From NCBI RefSeq assembly GCF_988242995.1, contig NZ_OZ547043.1: a stretch of DNA of 64,000 nucleotides. The stretch is one strand, 5' to 3'. The notes under the pieces were generated by a model, which worked only from the letters and a program-made list of their open reading frames with translations, had not been told where the DNA came from and did not search any database. The position numbers and the translations under genes were made by a program. Shown here in pieces: positions 41,900 to 51,592 of the stretch (the first letter of the stretch is position 1; every line of letters begins with the position of its first letter).

Positions 41900-42115
41900 T
41901 TAAAGCGTAGGGTGCTGGCCACTGACCACATAATTGATCGTTTGCTGGTAGATATCACTGAGGATGTCGTTATCAGAAGCTTCCACCCATTTGGTCAGCT
42001 CCATGAGAATGTCATCTTCAGTGACAACACCGTGCTCTGCCCGAAGGCCTTGCTCAATGGCATTAACCAGAGCGGGTTCTGCTGTTGAATTTTCTGCCTG
42101 ATAATAAGTAAACAT
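41900..42115 (-). CDS. bdm: Biofilm-dependent modulation protein
   Basis: ATG at 42113-42115 gives a 71-aa product MFTYYQAENSTAEPALVNAIEQGLRAEHGVVTEDDILMELTKWVEASDNDILSDIYQQTINYVVSGQHPTL; upstream of osmC, divergent. Confidence 0.8.
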   Translation of the reverse strand: MFTYYQAENSTAEPALVNAIEQGLRAEHGVVTEDDILMELTKWVEASDNDILSDIYQQTINYVVSGQHPTL

Positions 42116-42459
42116 AGCGATTCTCCGTGTCTGTGTATTTTTGGTGTCTGCTACGGATCGCAGATTTATAAAGCACATTCAGCATGGCAAATATTTGCCG
42201 CTTCGTTGTTAAGATTAGTCCTGGTTGATAATTTTTATATTATAACACCATGATATTCATAGGGATTGTAATTTGGGCGATCCGATTAATATTGATACAA
42301 TATCTTTTGGATTATATATTCCCCGTTATCTATTGTGGGAATTTAATTTAAGTACAGAGATAATGTTTTCGCCGGATTTTATTCGGAATATCCTGCTTAT
42401 CCTCGTGCGGTTTCTCACGTAGTCTATAATTTCCTTTTTAAGCCCACAGGAGAGCAACA

Positions 42460-42891
42460 ATGACAATCCATAAGAAAGGTCAGGCACACTGGGAAGGCGA
42501 TATCAAACGCGGGAAGGGAACTGTATCCACCGAGAGCGGCGTGCTGAACCAACAGCCGTATGGATTTAACACGCGTTTTGAAGGCGAAAAAGGAACCAAC
42601 CCTGAAGAACTGATTGGCGCAGCGCATGCCGCATGTTTCTCAATGGCGCTTTCATTAATGCTGGGGGAAGCGGGATTCACGCCAACATCGATTGATACCA
42701 CCGCAGATGTGTCGCTGGATAAAGTGGATGCCGGTTTTGCGATTACTAAAATCGCACTGAAGAGCGAAGTTGCGGTGCCGGGTATTGATGCCTCTACTTT
42801 TGACGGCATTATCCAGAAAGCAAAAGCAGGATGCCCGGTTTCTCAGGTACTGAAAGCTGAAATTACGCTTGATTACCAGTTGAAATCGTAA
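42460..42891 (+). CDS. osmC: Osmotically inducible peroxiredoxin (OsmC/Ohr family)
   Basis: 143-aa ORF with the two conserved cysteines of OsmC-family peroxidases (…AHAACFSM… and …KAGCPVSQ…). Confidence 0.9.
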   Translation: MTIHKKGQAHWEGDIKRGKGTVSTESGVLNQQPYGFNTRFEGEKGTNPEELIGAAHAACFSMALSLMLGEAGFTPTSIDTTADVSLDKVDAGFAITKIALKSEVAVPGIDASTFDGIIQKAKAGCPVSQVLKAEITLDYQLKS

Positions 42892-42946
42892 AGCGTTGCC
42901 GTATGACGCGTCAGGCGCGTGATTGCCTGATGCGTTGTTAGCATCT

Positions 42947-43873
42947 CTACAGCGCCCGCCAGCACCGGATCTCACGTCCGTCCTCCCTTATTGTTAATGA
43001 TTGCCGGACTTCACATCCGTCGGTTGCCAGAGGGCAGCGTTCGCGGAAAAAACAGCCTTGTGGCAACGTGCGGTTTCCTGGTAGATCCGTTTTACGTAAT
43101 GCCCATTCTTCCTCCAGCGGTTTATCAATGGCGGGGAGGGAATCCAGCAATAATCGGGTGTATGGATGTGCCGGAGCTGTCAGCACCTGTTGCGCGTCTC
43201 CTAGTTCCACAATCTGCCCGAGATACATCACCGCCACCCGATCGCTCATATGACGTATCACCGAGACATTGTGTGAAATCAGCACATAAGTCAGCTCGCG
43301 ATTTTCCTGTAGCGTTACCAGTAAATTGAGGATCTGCGCCTGCACGGAGATATCCAGCGCCGAGGTTGGTTCATCAAGCACAATCACGTCAGGCTGCGAA
43401 GAGAGTGCTCTGGCAATGGCGATACGTTGCCGCTGCCCGCCTGAGAACGCATAAGGCAAGCGGTCGAGATACTCCGGACGAATACCCACCTGCACAGCCA
43501 GCTCCTCTGCCAACGCTCGCCGCTGTTGTTCACTACTACGCTTAGCAATCCAGAGCGGTTCCGTGATGATGCGCCACACCGGTAAGCGCGGATTAAGCGA
43601 AGAGAGCGGGTCCTGAAACACCATCTGCATAATGCGTTGTGATCCTGAACGGATGTACTGCCCGTGGCTCGGTTGCAGCATACCCATTAAAAGCTGTGCG
43701 AGGGTGCTTTTGCCGCAGCCTGACTCACCGACGATCCCTAAGGTTTCGCCACGACGGATCTGTAAATCAATACCATTGATGGCATGAACATGTTCCGTAG
43801 TTTTACCAAGCCAGTTTTTTCGGCCCGGGAAATTGATATGGACGTCGCGTAACGTTAATAACGTGTCAGACAC
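42947..43873 (-). CDS. ddpF: D,D-dipeptide ABC transporter ATP-binding protein
   Basis: Likely GTG start at 43871-43873 (VSDTLLTLRDVHINF…), overlapping the ddpD stop; Walker A GESGCGKST, signature LSGGQRQR, Walker B VIVLDEPTSALD; 308 aa. Confidence 0.85.
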   Translation of the reverse strand: MSDTLLTLRDVHINFPGRKNWLGKTTEHVHAINGIDLQIRRGETLGIVGESGCGKSTLAQLLMGMLQPSHGQYIRSGSQRIMQMVFQDPLSSLNPRLPVWRIITEPLWIAKRSSEQQRRALAEELAVQVGIRPEYLDRLPYAFSGGQRQRIAIARALSSQPDVIVLDEPTSALDISVQAQILNLLVTLQENRELTYVLISHNVSVIRHMSDRVAVMYLGQIVELGDAQQVLTAPAHPYTRLLLDSLPAIDKPLEEEWALRKTDLPGNRTLPQGCFFRERCPLATDGCEVRQSLTIREDGREIRCWRAL

Positions 43874-44852
43874 TAATGACCTCCTGCTGAGGATACCAAC
43901 AGGCGCAGCGGTGGTTGTTGTCACTACACGCTGTCAGCGCCGGGACGTTTTCACACTGTGCACCTGCCGCATAGCAACGATCGCGAAAAGCGCAGCCGTC
44001 AGGCAAATGGGTGAGGTTTGGTACCGTCCCCGGAATAGCGGGTAATGGCTGGCGCGGTATTCCATGTTCCGGTGCGCATTGCAGCAAACCAATGGTATAC
44101 GGATGCCGGGGATGATGGATAACGTCTGCCGTCACGCCGCTCTCAATCACGCTTCCGGCATACATCACGTAAACGCTATCGCACAGTTGCGACACCACGG
44201 CCATATCATGGCTGATGAACAGTACCGCAGTTCCACTGGCGCGGGCTTTATGTTTAAGCAGACGCAGTACCTGCAACTGTACCGTGACGTCCAGCGCCGT
44301 AGTCGGTTCGTCGGCAATAATCAATTGCGGCTCGCAGGAGAATGCCAGCGCAATCATTACCCGTTGGCGCATACCACCTGAAAGCTCAAACGGATAGCGC
44401 GACATAACTTCCACGGCATCCGGGATTTGCATCTCTTCCAGCAGGGCAATCGCTTTAGCTCTGGCTTCCCGACGACTTATTGGTTGATGATGGCGGATCA
44501 CGTCCATCATCTGAAGACCTATTCGACGTGTCGGATTAAGGGCGGTCATCGGTTCCTGAAAGATCATCGCCACTCGTGCGCCGCGCCACTGACGAAGCTG
44601 CTTTTCCCGAGCGTTAAGAGCATCTTCTCCCAGCAGTGAAATATGTCCCCGATCTACGCAATAACTGCCCGTCGGTAGCAGACGCATAATCAACATTGCA
44701 GTGACTGATTTACCTGAGCCGGATTCTCCCACCAGACCGACAATTTCACCGCGGTTAATCTGCAAGGACACATTGTTGAGCGCGTGAACATCACCGTTAA
44801 AACCGGGGAAACTCAAATGCAGCTGTTGAATGTCCAGAACGGGTTGGGTCAT
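43866..44852 (-). CDS. ddpD: D,D-dipeptide ABC transporter ATP-binding protein
   Basis: 328-aa ORF; Walker A GESGSGKSV, signature LSGGMRQR, Walker B LIIADEPTTALD. Confidence 0.9.
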   Translation of the reverse strand: MTQPVLDIQQLHLSFPGFNGDVHALNNVSLQINRGEIVGLVGESGSGKSVTAMLIMRLLPTGSYCVDRGHISLLGEDALNAREKQLRQWRGARVAMIFQEPMTALNPTRRIGLQMMDVIRHHQPISRREARAKAIALLEEMQIPDAVEVMSRYPFELSGGMRQRVMIALAFSCEPQLIIADEPTTALDVTVQLQVLRLLKHKARASGTAVLFISHDMAVVSQLCDSVYVMYAGSVIESGVTADVIHHPRHPYTIGLLQCAPEHGIPRQPLPAIPGTVPNLTHLPDGCAFRDRCYAAGAQCENVPALTACSDNNHRCACWYPQQEVISV

Positions 44853-45745
44853 GACTGCTTTCCTCCTGCTTTCGGGTCAAGCAGATCGCGAATACCATCA
44901 CCAAAGAGATTAAACCCGACGGCGGTAAGCAAAATCGCTGCCCCCGGAAATGCGCAATACCACCATTGATCGAGCACATAGTTGCGACCATTCGCCACCA
45001 TCGCTCCCCATTCAGCACTCGGTTGTTGAGCACCCAGGCCAATAAATCCCAACGTGGCGGCCATTAAAATCGCGCTACCAATATCCAGCGATGCCTGCAC
45101 AATCAGCGGCGGCAGCGAGTTACGTAAAATATGCCAGTTGATCAGATGCCAGCGTGACGCACCAAAGGTTTTCGCCGCCTGAACGTAAGTGTACTGGCGG
45201 ACAACTAATGTTTGCCCCCGCGCCAGGCGCACATAAAAGGGAATTCGCACAATAGCAATCGCCAGCATGGCGTTAAACAAACTCGGCCCGAGAGCGGCTG
45301 CCAGTGCCATTGTCAGCACCAGCGAAGGAATCGACAGCATAATGTCCATGATGCGCATGATAATCGCGTCTGCGCGTCCGCCAAGCACACCGGATAGACA
45401 CCCGAGTAGCGACCCCATCATACCTGCAATGGCGACCACCACTAATCCGGCGAGAATTGATTGCTGACTGCCGACCAGTACGCGGCTAAACAGATCGCGT
45501 CCCACTTCATCGGTGCCAAACCAGTGCGCCGCAGAAGGCGGCAAAAGGCGGGCGGTTAAATCAATGGCGTTGGGATCATGCGTCGCCAGCCACGGTGAAA
45601 AAATCATCATCAGTAGCATTAATACAATGATGACTGCGCCGGTCACGGTAAGCGGGCTGCCTTTCAGCATCCATACCAGTTTTGCACCGTTAAATCGCGT
45701 TTGTTTTTGTGGGCGTACGGCGGACGTTTCCTCGCTTAGCATCAT
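44849..45745 (-). CDS. ddpC: D,D-dipeptide ABC transporter permease
   Basis: 298-aa membrane ORF; overlaps ddpD and ddpB by 4 nt each. Confidence 0.9.
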   Translation of the reverse strand: MMLSEETSAVRPQKQTRFNGAKLVWMLKGSPLTVTGAVIIVLMLLMMIFSPWLATHDPNAIDLTARLLPPSAAHWFGTDEVGRDLFSRVLVGSQQSILAGLVVVAIAGMMGSLLGCLSGVLGGRADAIIMRIMDIMLSIPSLVLTMALAAALGPSLFNAMLAIAIVRIPFYVRLARGQTLVVRQYTYVQAAKTFGASRWHLINWHILRNSLPPLIVQASLDIGSAILMAATLGFIGLGAQQPSAEWGAMVANGRNYVLDQWWYCAFPGAAILLTAVGFNLFGDGIRDLLDPKAGGKQS

Positions 45746-46764
45746 TCACCACCTCCACGTCCGATACGCGGATCAATCCACAAATAGAGCAAATCCACCA
45801 CCAGGTTCACCAGCACATAAGCAAACGAAACCACGACGGCAAATCCCATCACCGCAGGGAAGTCGAGCGCCTGTATTGATGTCACTACCCATGCCCCCAT
45901 TCCGGGCCAGGCAAAAACGGTTTCGGTGAGCACTGCGCCATACAACAAATCGCCCAGCGCCAGCCCCAATACGGTAATCGAGGGGATCAACGCATTCGGT
46001 AGCGCATAACATAAAACGATATACCAGCCGGGCAAGCCGCTGGCCCGGGCGGTACGAATGTAATCTTCACTCAATTGTTCCAGCATCGCTGAACGGATCT
46101 GGCGAGCGACAATTCCCAGGTGAACGAACGCCAGCGTTAATGCCGGTAAGATGAGATGTTGCAGCGCATTGAAGAAGACTTCACCGTTGCCTTCAAGCAG
46201 CGCATCGAGCAGATAAAAGCCGGTAACGTGCGTTGGTGGATCCAGCCAGTCATCAAGCCTTCCGCCGCCGGGAAGAATTTGCAGATGACCATAAAACAGC
46301 ACAATGACACCCAGCCCAAGCCAGAACGCAGGTGTGGAGATTCCGGTAATGGCCATTATTCGCACCAGATGATCCAGCCAGCGATTTCGCCAGACTGCAG
46401 AGAGTATGCCCAGCGGGATGCCAATCAGGAGTGCCAGCAGCAGGGCACAAAAAGCCAGTTCCAGCGTCGCCGGGAAAAATATGCGCAACTCTTCCAGCAC
46501 CGGACGCCCGGTACGAATGGATGTTCCCAGGTCACCCTGAAACAGGTCGCTGACGTAGCGGTAAAACTGTACATACAGTGGCTGGTCCAGTCCCAGTTGC
46601 TGGCGAATATTATCCACGATAGCATCGCTGGCGCGGTCACCCGCCAGTAACCGCGCCGGATCGCCGGGGATCAGGTGCGAGATAATAAACGTAATCACAC
46701 AGACGCCCGCCACCACGAGCACCAGCCCCCAGCAGCGTTGGCGTAAAATACTCCAGAAGGTCAC
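45742..46764 (-). CDS. ddpB: D,D-dipeptide ABC transporter permease
   Basis: 340-aa membrane ORF of the DppB/OppB type. Confidence 0.9.
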   Translation of the reverse strand: MTFWSILRQRCWGLVLVVAGVCVITFIISHLIPGDPARLLAGDRASDAIVDNIRQQLGLDQPLYVQFYRYVSDLFQGDLGTSIRTGRPVLEELRIFFPATLELAFCALLLALLIGIPLGILSAVWRNRWLDHLVRIMAITGISTPAFWLGLGVIVLFYGHLQILPGGGRLDDWLDPPTHVTGFYLLDALLEGNGEVFFNALQHLILPALTLAFVHLGIVARQIRSAMLEQLSEDYIRTARASGLPGWYIVLCYALPNALIPSITVLGLALGDLLYGAVLTETVFAWPGMGAWVVTSIQALDFPAVMGFAVVVSFAYVLVNLVVDLLYLWIDPRIGRGGGE

Positions 46765-46765
46765 G

Positions 46766-48316
46766 TTATTTACTCATGGTATTGATATTGAAGACCTGTT
46801 CCAGCATGGGATTGAACACAAAGCCTTTCACCTCTTTGTTCATCGCCAGTTGGTAGTTTTTCTGGAACAGGTACACATAAGCAGCGTCATCAATGACGAT
46901 TTTCTGTGCCTGCTGGTAGTCCCGGGTACGCTGCGTCTGGTCGGTGGTCGCTAGCGCATTGCGCAGTAACTTATCGACCTCACTGTTTTCATAGAACGAG
47001 CGGTTACCCGGCAGACCTTTTTTGTCTGACTCAAACCAGTAATTCATAAACATATACGGGTCGGCAAAATCCGGACTCCAGTTGCCAATCGCAATGTCGT
47101 AATCACCTTTACCCACTCTGTCGCGCATGGTGGCGTTCGCCAGTTTTTCCAGCTTCACATTGATGCCCAGCTTGTTGAGACTGGATTGTGTCGCCAGAGC
47201 GATCGGTTCCCAGTTCGGGTCGTTATCGGAGTAGAGAAACGTCAGGCTGGTGGGTTTGCTCGTCACTTTATCCCATTCGGCTTTGGCTTTCGTTTCGTCA
47301 TGGTTGTATTGCATTGCCGTCGCATCGTATCCCCACATGCCTTCCGGAATCGGGCCGCGCATTTGTTTTCCGTTACCACTCAGAATGCCGTTAACCATAC
47401 CCTGATAATCGGTAGACCAGGAAATGGCCCGACGCAGATCCGCCTGATTAAGCGGCGCTTTGCTGTTATTCAGATACAGATAGGTGACGCGTAGTGACGG
47501 ATACTCTGCCACGTTGACTTTGTTTTCCTGCTTCAGTGCGTTGAGTTGATCCACCGGCAGCGCATCGGCAATGTCAATGTCGCCACGGGAGAGTTGCAGG
47601 CGACGGGAGGCACTTTCACCGATAATTTTTACCGATACCCGTTTAAAGTTCGGTTTATTGCCAGGGTAATGCGGATTTGGCACCAGAACTAATTGCTGAC
47701 CTTTTTGCCAGCTTTTCAGCATAAACGGTCCGGAGCCAGCGGTATTTTGCGCGAGGAAACCACGGGCATCATCGGCCGCATGTTCCTTTAAGACCGCCGG
47801 ATTGATAATGGATGCACCGTCATTCGCCAGCGTATAGAGGAACGGTGCGAATGGCTGGCTAAGGGTAAACCTCACTGTATGTTCGTCGGGAGCATCAATC
47901 TTTAAATCTTTGGGAAATGCTTCTGCTGGCCCCTGGCCGATTTTTAGTAACCGCTCAAAAGAGAGTTTTACTGCTTCGGCAGTGACAGGTGTGCCATCGG
48001 CAAATTTAGCATTGTCCTTCAGGGTGAACGTCCACTCTTTTTGATCGTCAGACGCTTTCCAGCTACTCGCCAGATCGCCTTCAACGTCGGTTGAGCCTTT
48101 ATCACCGTCCGTTTTGTACTGAACCAGTCGCTGATAAGACGGGTAGGTCACTGTCCAGTCGTTATTATCAATTGTCACCGCTGGGTCGAGGGTTTGTGGG
48201 TCGGCAGCTTTACCGATCACCAGCATATCTTTCGGTACGGCGGCGTGCGCAACCGGCATTGTTGTGGCAAGGACGATCGCGAGCAATGTAGGACGAAACG
48301 AAATCGATCTCTTCAT
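46766..48316 (-). CDS. ddpA: D,D-dipeptide periplasmic substrate-binding protein
   Basis: ATG at 48314-48316 gives MKRSISFRPTLLAIVLATTMPVAHA… (516 aa) with a signal peptide; SBP family-5 fold. Confidence 0.9.
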   Translation of the reverse strand: MKRSISFRPTLLAIVLATTMPVAHAAVPKDMLVIGKAADPQTLDPAVTIDNNDWTVTYPSYQRLVQYKTDGDKGSTDVEGDLASSWKASDDQKEWTFTLKDNAKFADGTPVTAEAVKLSFERLLKIGQGPAEAFPKDLKIDAPDEHTVRFTLSQPFAPFLYTLANDGASIINPAVLKEHAADDARGFLAQNTAGSGPFMLKSWQKGQQLVLVPNPHYPGNKPNFKRVSVKIIGESASRRLQLSRGDIDIADALPVDQLNALKQENKVNVAEYPSLRVTYLYLNNSKAPLNQADLRRAISWSTDYQGMVNGILSGNGKQMRGPIPEGMWGYDATAMQYNHDETKAKAEWDKVTSKPTSLTFLYSDNDPNWEPIALATQSSLNKLGINVKLEKLANATMRDRVGKGDYDIAIGNWSPDFADPYMFMNYWFESDKKGLPGNRSFYENSEVDKLLRNALATTDQTQRTRDYQQAQKIVIDDAAYVYLFQKNYQLAMNKEVKGFVFNPMLEQVFNINTMSK

Positions 48317-48329
48317 GACAGTTTCCTGA

Positions 48330-48911
48330 TTAACTGGCGTGCTGTGTGCCAGGGGATATAAAACAGGTGAATTGATCAGCGAGTAGTGGGTAACTCGCTG
48401 CCTGGGGTAATTCGAAGTGCCACCATTCGCTCGGGATACCGACAAAGCCACCGCCAGTCATAATCGCATTCAGCAACAGCCGATTGCGCTGAGCGGCGGG
48501 CGGGACGGAAGGGTGATAAGCATGGGAACGTTCGTGCATTTCATCGAACTCTGCACCCATATCCAGTATGTTCCCGTGCTCATCACGAAGCGTCAGGTCG
48601 ATCGCCGTGCCACGGCTGTGATTAGAACCGACCGTCACATCAACAACATATTGCGGGTCTGGGCAGGCTTGCCACAACATCGCCTGTGCTTGTTGTGGGC
48701 GATACGCATCGTAAATCACCAGTTGTAAGCCTGACAGCTGGGCGATACTGATACTTTTCGCCAGCGCGGTAATCGCATCCTTGTGTAACAGACAACGCGC
48801 TTGCTGATAAATAGCTTTACCTGTGATGTTATCAGCGCAGGCGTATTTCAATTCGATCTCCAGATCAGGGAAGATCACGGCTAAATCAACCAGTTCGGTG
48901 GTATCCGACAT
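48330..48911 (-). CDS. ddpX: D-Ala-D-Ala dipeptidase (VanX homologue)
   Basis: 193-aa ORF; VanX-type zinc-ligand context (…SNHSRGTAIDLTL…, …SEWWHFE…); first gene of the ddp operon. Confidence 0.9.
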   Translation of the reverse strand: MSDTTELVDLAVIFPDLEIELKYACADNITGKAIYQQARCLLHKDAITALAKSISIAQLSGLQLVIYDAYRPQQAQAMLWQACPDPQYVVDVTVGSNHSRGTAIDLTLRDEHGNILDMGAEFDEMHERSHAYHPSVPPAAQRNRLLLNAIMTGGGFVGIPSEWWHFELPQAASYPLLADQFTCFISPGTQHAS

Positions 48912-49168
48912 AAACGGTTCCTGTATAAGACAAAAATTGCTGCGCTTTCCGCTTATGCAGATCTCATGCCATGCCGGGATAAGCGCCAGAATGCTGGCTT
49001 AAAGTTATATTTTTTAACTTTTGATCAACATTTGTGCAGCGTAGTGCAGTTTTGGTGCAAGAGGGGAAGTTAAGGAAGGAATCTCCCGGAATCGTAGCTG
49101 AAATCACAGTATTTAAGTGACAGTGTCACGTTAAAGGAAAACCCGCGAGTGCGGGCGAGAGGAATTTG

Positions 49169-51568
49169 TCAGATTTTCAGCGGTAACACGCTGCTCATCC
49201 AGCCTGGAATTTCTTCGGCGGGTAGGGGGCGGGAAAAGAAATATCCCTGAATAACGCGACAGTGGATCTTGCGTAGCATCTCAAATTGCTCTTTGGTTTC
49301 GACGCCTTCCGCCACGACGGTTAAATTAAGGCTTTGCCCAATGCTGGTAATGGCTTCAAGTAAGGCAAGGATGCGTTTTTCGGTCAGACAACGATCGACA
49401 AAACTTTTGTCAATTTTGATTTCCGTCACCGGAAGACTGACTAAGCGGGATAATCCGGAAAAGCCCGTGCCAAAATCATCTACCGATAAACCCACGCCCA
49501 TATCGCGCAGGATCTGAATGCGCTTAAAGATTTCGGTATCGTGTTCCATCATCATGCTTTCCGTGATTTCCACCGTCAGCTGGTGGCCGTCAATACCCCA
49601 GGCGTGCATTGCATCAGACACCTGATTAGGCAGTTGATTACTGCGAAAGTGCAGCGCCGACAAGTTAACGGATAACGCCGGGATATGAATATTCTGGCTA
49701 CGCCATTCTGCTAACTGACGACAAGCTTCCGCGATGACCCAGCGTCCAATATTTTCGATTTCACCGATCTCTTCTGCGAGAGGAATAAACCGTGAAGGGG
49801 GCACATGACCATGCAGGGGATCGTGCCAGCGAGCAAGGGCTTCGATGCCGTAGAGTTCACCCGTTTCTGCGAAGATTTGCGGCTGGTAAACCAGTTTTAG
49901 TTGGTTATTGCTAATCGCTTCTTTCAGCGCCGCGCCTAAAACCAAACGCTCTTTTACCATTTCGTTCATCGCCGGGCTGAAGAACTGCCAGCCGTTACCG
50001 CCATTCTTGCGAATATAATCCATTGCATTGTGAGCAGTGGAGAGCAGGTAATCGCGGTTTTTACCCACGTCGTAGCTGATGCCAATGCTCAAGGTGAGCG
50101 GGAATGGTTTATCGTCAATCATTATCGGCTTGCTGACCACATTCCGTAGCTCATCGGCGATTTGGGTTATGTTACTGACGTCGTTTTCCAGGCTCACGAG
50201 GACAAACTGCGTACCTTCGATACGACAGAGATACTGATCCGGTTTGAGTTTTTCACGAAAGCGATTGACCACTTCCAGCAATGCCTGATCGGCCCACGCA
50301 TAGCCAAGGCTATCAATCACATCCTGAATATGGTCAACACCGATGAGATACACCACCGGAGAGACGGCTTTGTCGACCAGGTCATCGAGGTAATTGTGCA
50401 GGTTATTGCGATTTGGCAGACCGGTCATCGGATCAAATTGGATGAGTTGTTCAATATGCTGACGGCTTTTTTCCTGTTCCAGCGCCAGCGCGGCCATATG
50501 CTGGCTGATATCTGCCACGCGTTCGATAAAGGCGCTGGTTTCTGCTCCTGACGAGGTTTTAATTTGCAGGATCCCCGCCGGCGCGCCATCACGCTGACGA
50601 ATGGTCGCTGACCAGCTTTGCGCATTTTGAACTTCTGTACCGTGCGAAGATGACGCCCAGTGTATCGGCATCCCGTTGCGCAGCGCGAACAGCGAAACAT
50701 GCGATTCGTTGAGTACAGATTCGATGTTACGACAAATGATTTCCCCCATTTCATGAAATGGCGGGCTGCTGCACATGGCGGCGAGAATATTGCCTTCAAG
50801 CTGGCGGATTTGCCGTTCTTCGGTGATATCCGAGAAAGTCATTACCAGGTTCTGCAGATGCGCGAGCACGTCATAAACCGGGCTGATAGAGGCTTTAATC
50901 CAGATTTTTTCACCGGTGCGCGTCAACAGCAGAAATTCATCCTGATCGCGGGCGGTTTTCCATAGCAACTGTTGTAAACGAATGCGGTTATCGGCAGGGA
51001 ATTCAGGAATGTTCAGGAGTGAATCGGGCTGCATACCGCTGGCTTCGCTAATGCAGTAACCAAACATTTCGGTAAATGCGCGATTGCACTGCACAATATG
51101 GCGTTCCGGATCGAGGACAATCACCGGTCGGTCGAGATGGTCAACGGCAATAATCAATTGTCGGGTCTGTTCTTTTTGCGCCATTTCTACGCTGGCATCC
51201 CGTACCAGCGCCAGGTAATAAACTTTCCCCTCGGCGCTCACTTTCGATAGCGCAAAACGGGTCCAGATTTTACTGCCGTCTTTTTTCTCCAGCTGCAGCT
51301 CCCGACTCATCCCCTCGACGCGCGCTTTACCGCCTTCACGGTTGTGACGGATGTATTCAGGATGCGCAGGACGCAAATCCCGCGGAATCAGCATATCAAT
51401 GTTATTGCCAATGACTTCTTCACGTTTGTACCCCCAGAGCTTCTCTGCGGCTGGGTTGAAAAACATCACTTCATCATTTTCGTTAATTAACACCGCGCCC
51501 ATCATATTTTGCTCAAGGGCGGGGAAAAAAATGCCATCGGCGGCATTATCCGCATCGGTTAGCTTCAT
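49169..51568 (-). CDS. dosP: Oxygen-sensing c-di-GMP phosphodiesterase (haem-PAS, GGDEF-like, EAL)
   Basis: ATG at 51566-51568 gives MKLTDADNAADGIFFPALEQNMMGAVL… (799 aa); PAS domains and a C-terminal EAL domain (…EALARW…, …DDFGTG…). Confidence 0.9.
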   Translation of the reverse strand: MKLTDADNAADGIFFPALEQNMMGAVLINENDEVMFFNPAAEKLWGYKREEVIGNNIDMLIPRDLRPAHPEYIRHNREGGKARVEGMSRELQLEKKDGSKIWTRFALSKVSAEGKVYYLALVRDASVEMAQKEQTRQLIIAVDHLDRPVIVLDPERHIVQCNRAFTEMFGYCISEASGMQPDSLLNIPEFPADNRIRLQQLLWKTARDQDEFLLLTRTGEKIWIKASISPVYDVLAHLQNLVMTFSDITEERQIRQLEGNILAAMCSSPPFHEMGEIICRNIESVLNESHVSLFALRNGMPIHWASSSHGTEVQNAQSWSATIRQRDGAPAGILQIKTSSGAETSAFIERVADISQHMAALALEQEKSRQHIEQLIQFDPMTGLPNRNNLHNYLDDLVDKAVSPVVYLIGVDHIQDVIDSLGYAWADQALLEVVNRFREKLKPDQYLCRIEGTQFVLVSLENDVSNITQIADELRNVVSKPIMIDDKPFPLTLSIGISYDVGKNRDYLLSTAHNAMDYIRKNGGNGWQFFSPAMNEMVKERLVLGAALKEAISNNQLKLVYQPQIFAETGELYGIEALARWHDPLHGHVPPSRFIPLAEEIGEIENIGRWVIAEACRQLAEWRSQNIHIPALSVNLSALHFRSNQLPNQVSDAMHAWGIDGHQLTVEITESMMMEHDTEIFKRIQILRDMGVGLSVDDFGTGFSGLSRLVSLPVTEIKIDKSFVDRCLTEKRILALLEAITSIGQSLNLTVVAEGVETKEQFEMLRKIHCRVIQGYFFSRPLPAEEIPGWMSSVLPLKI

Positions 51569-51592
51569 GATTACCTCTGCATCCTGGCGCAT

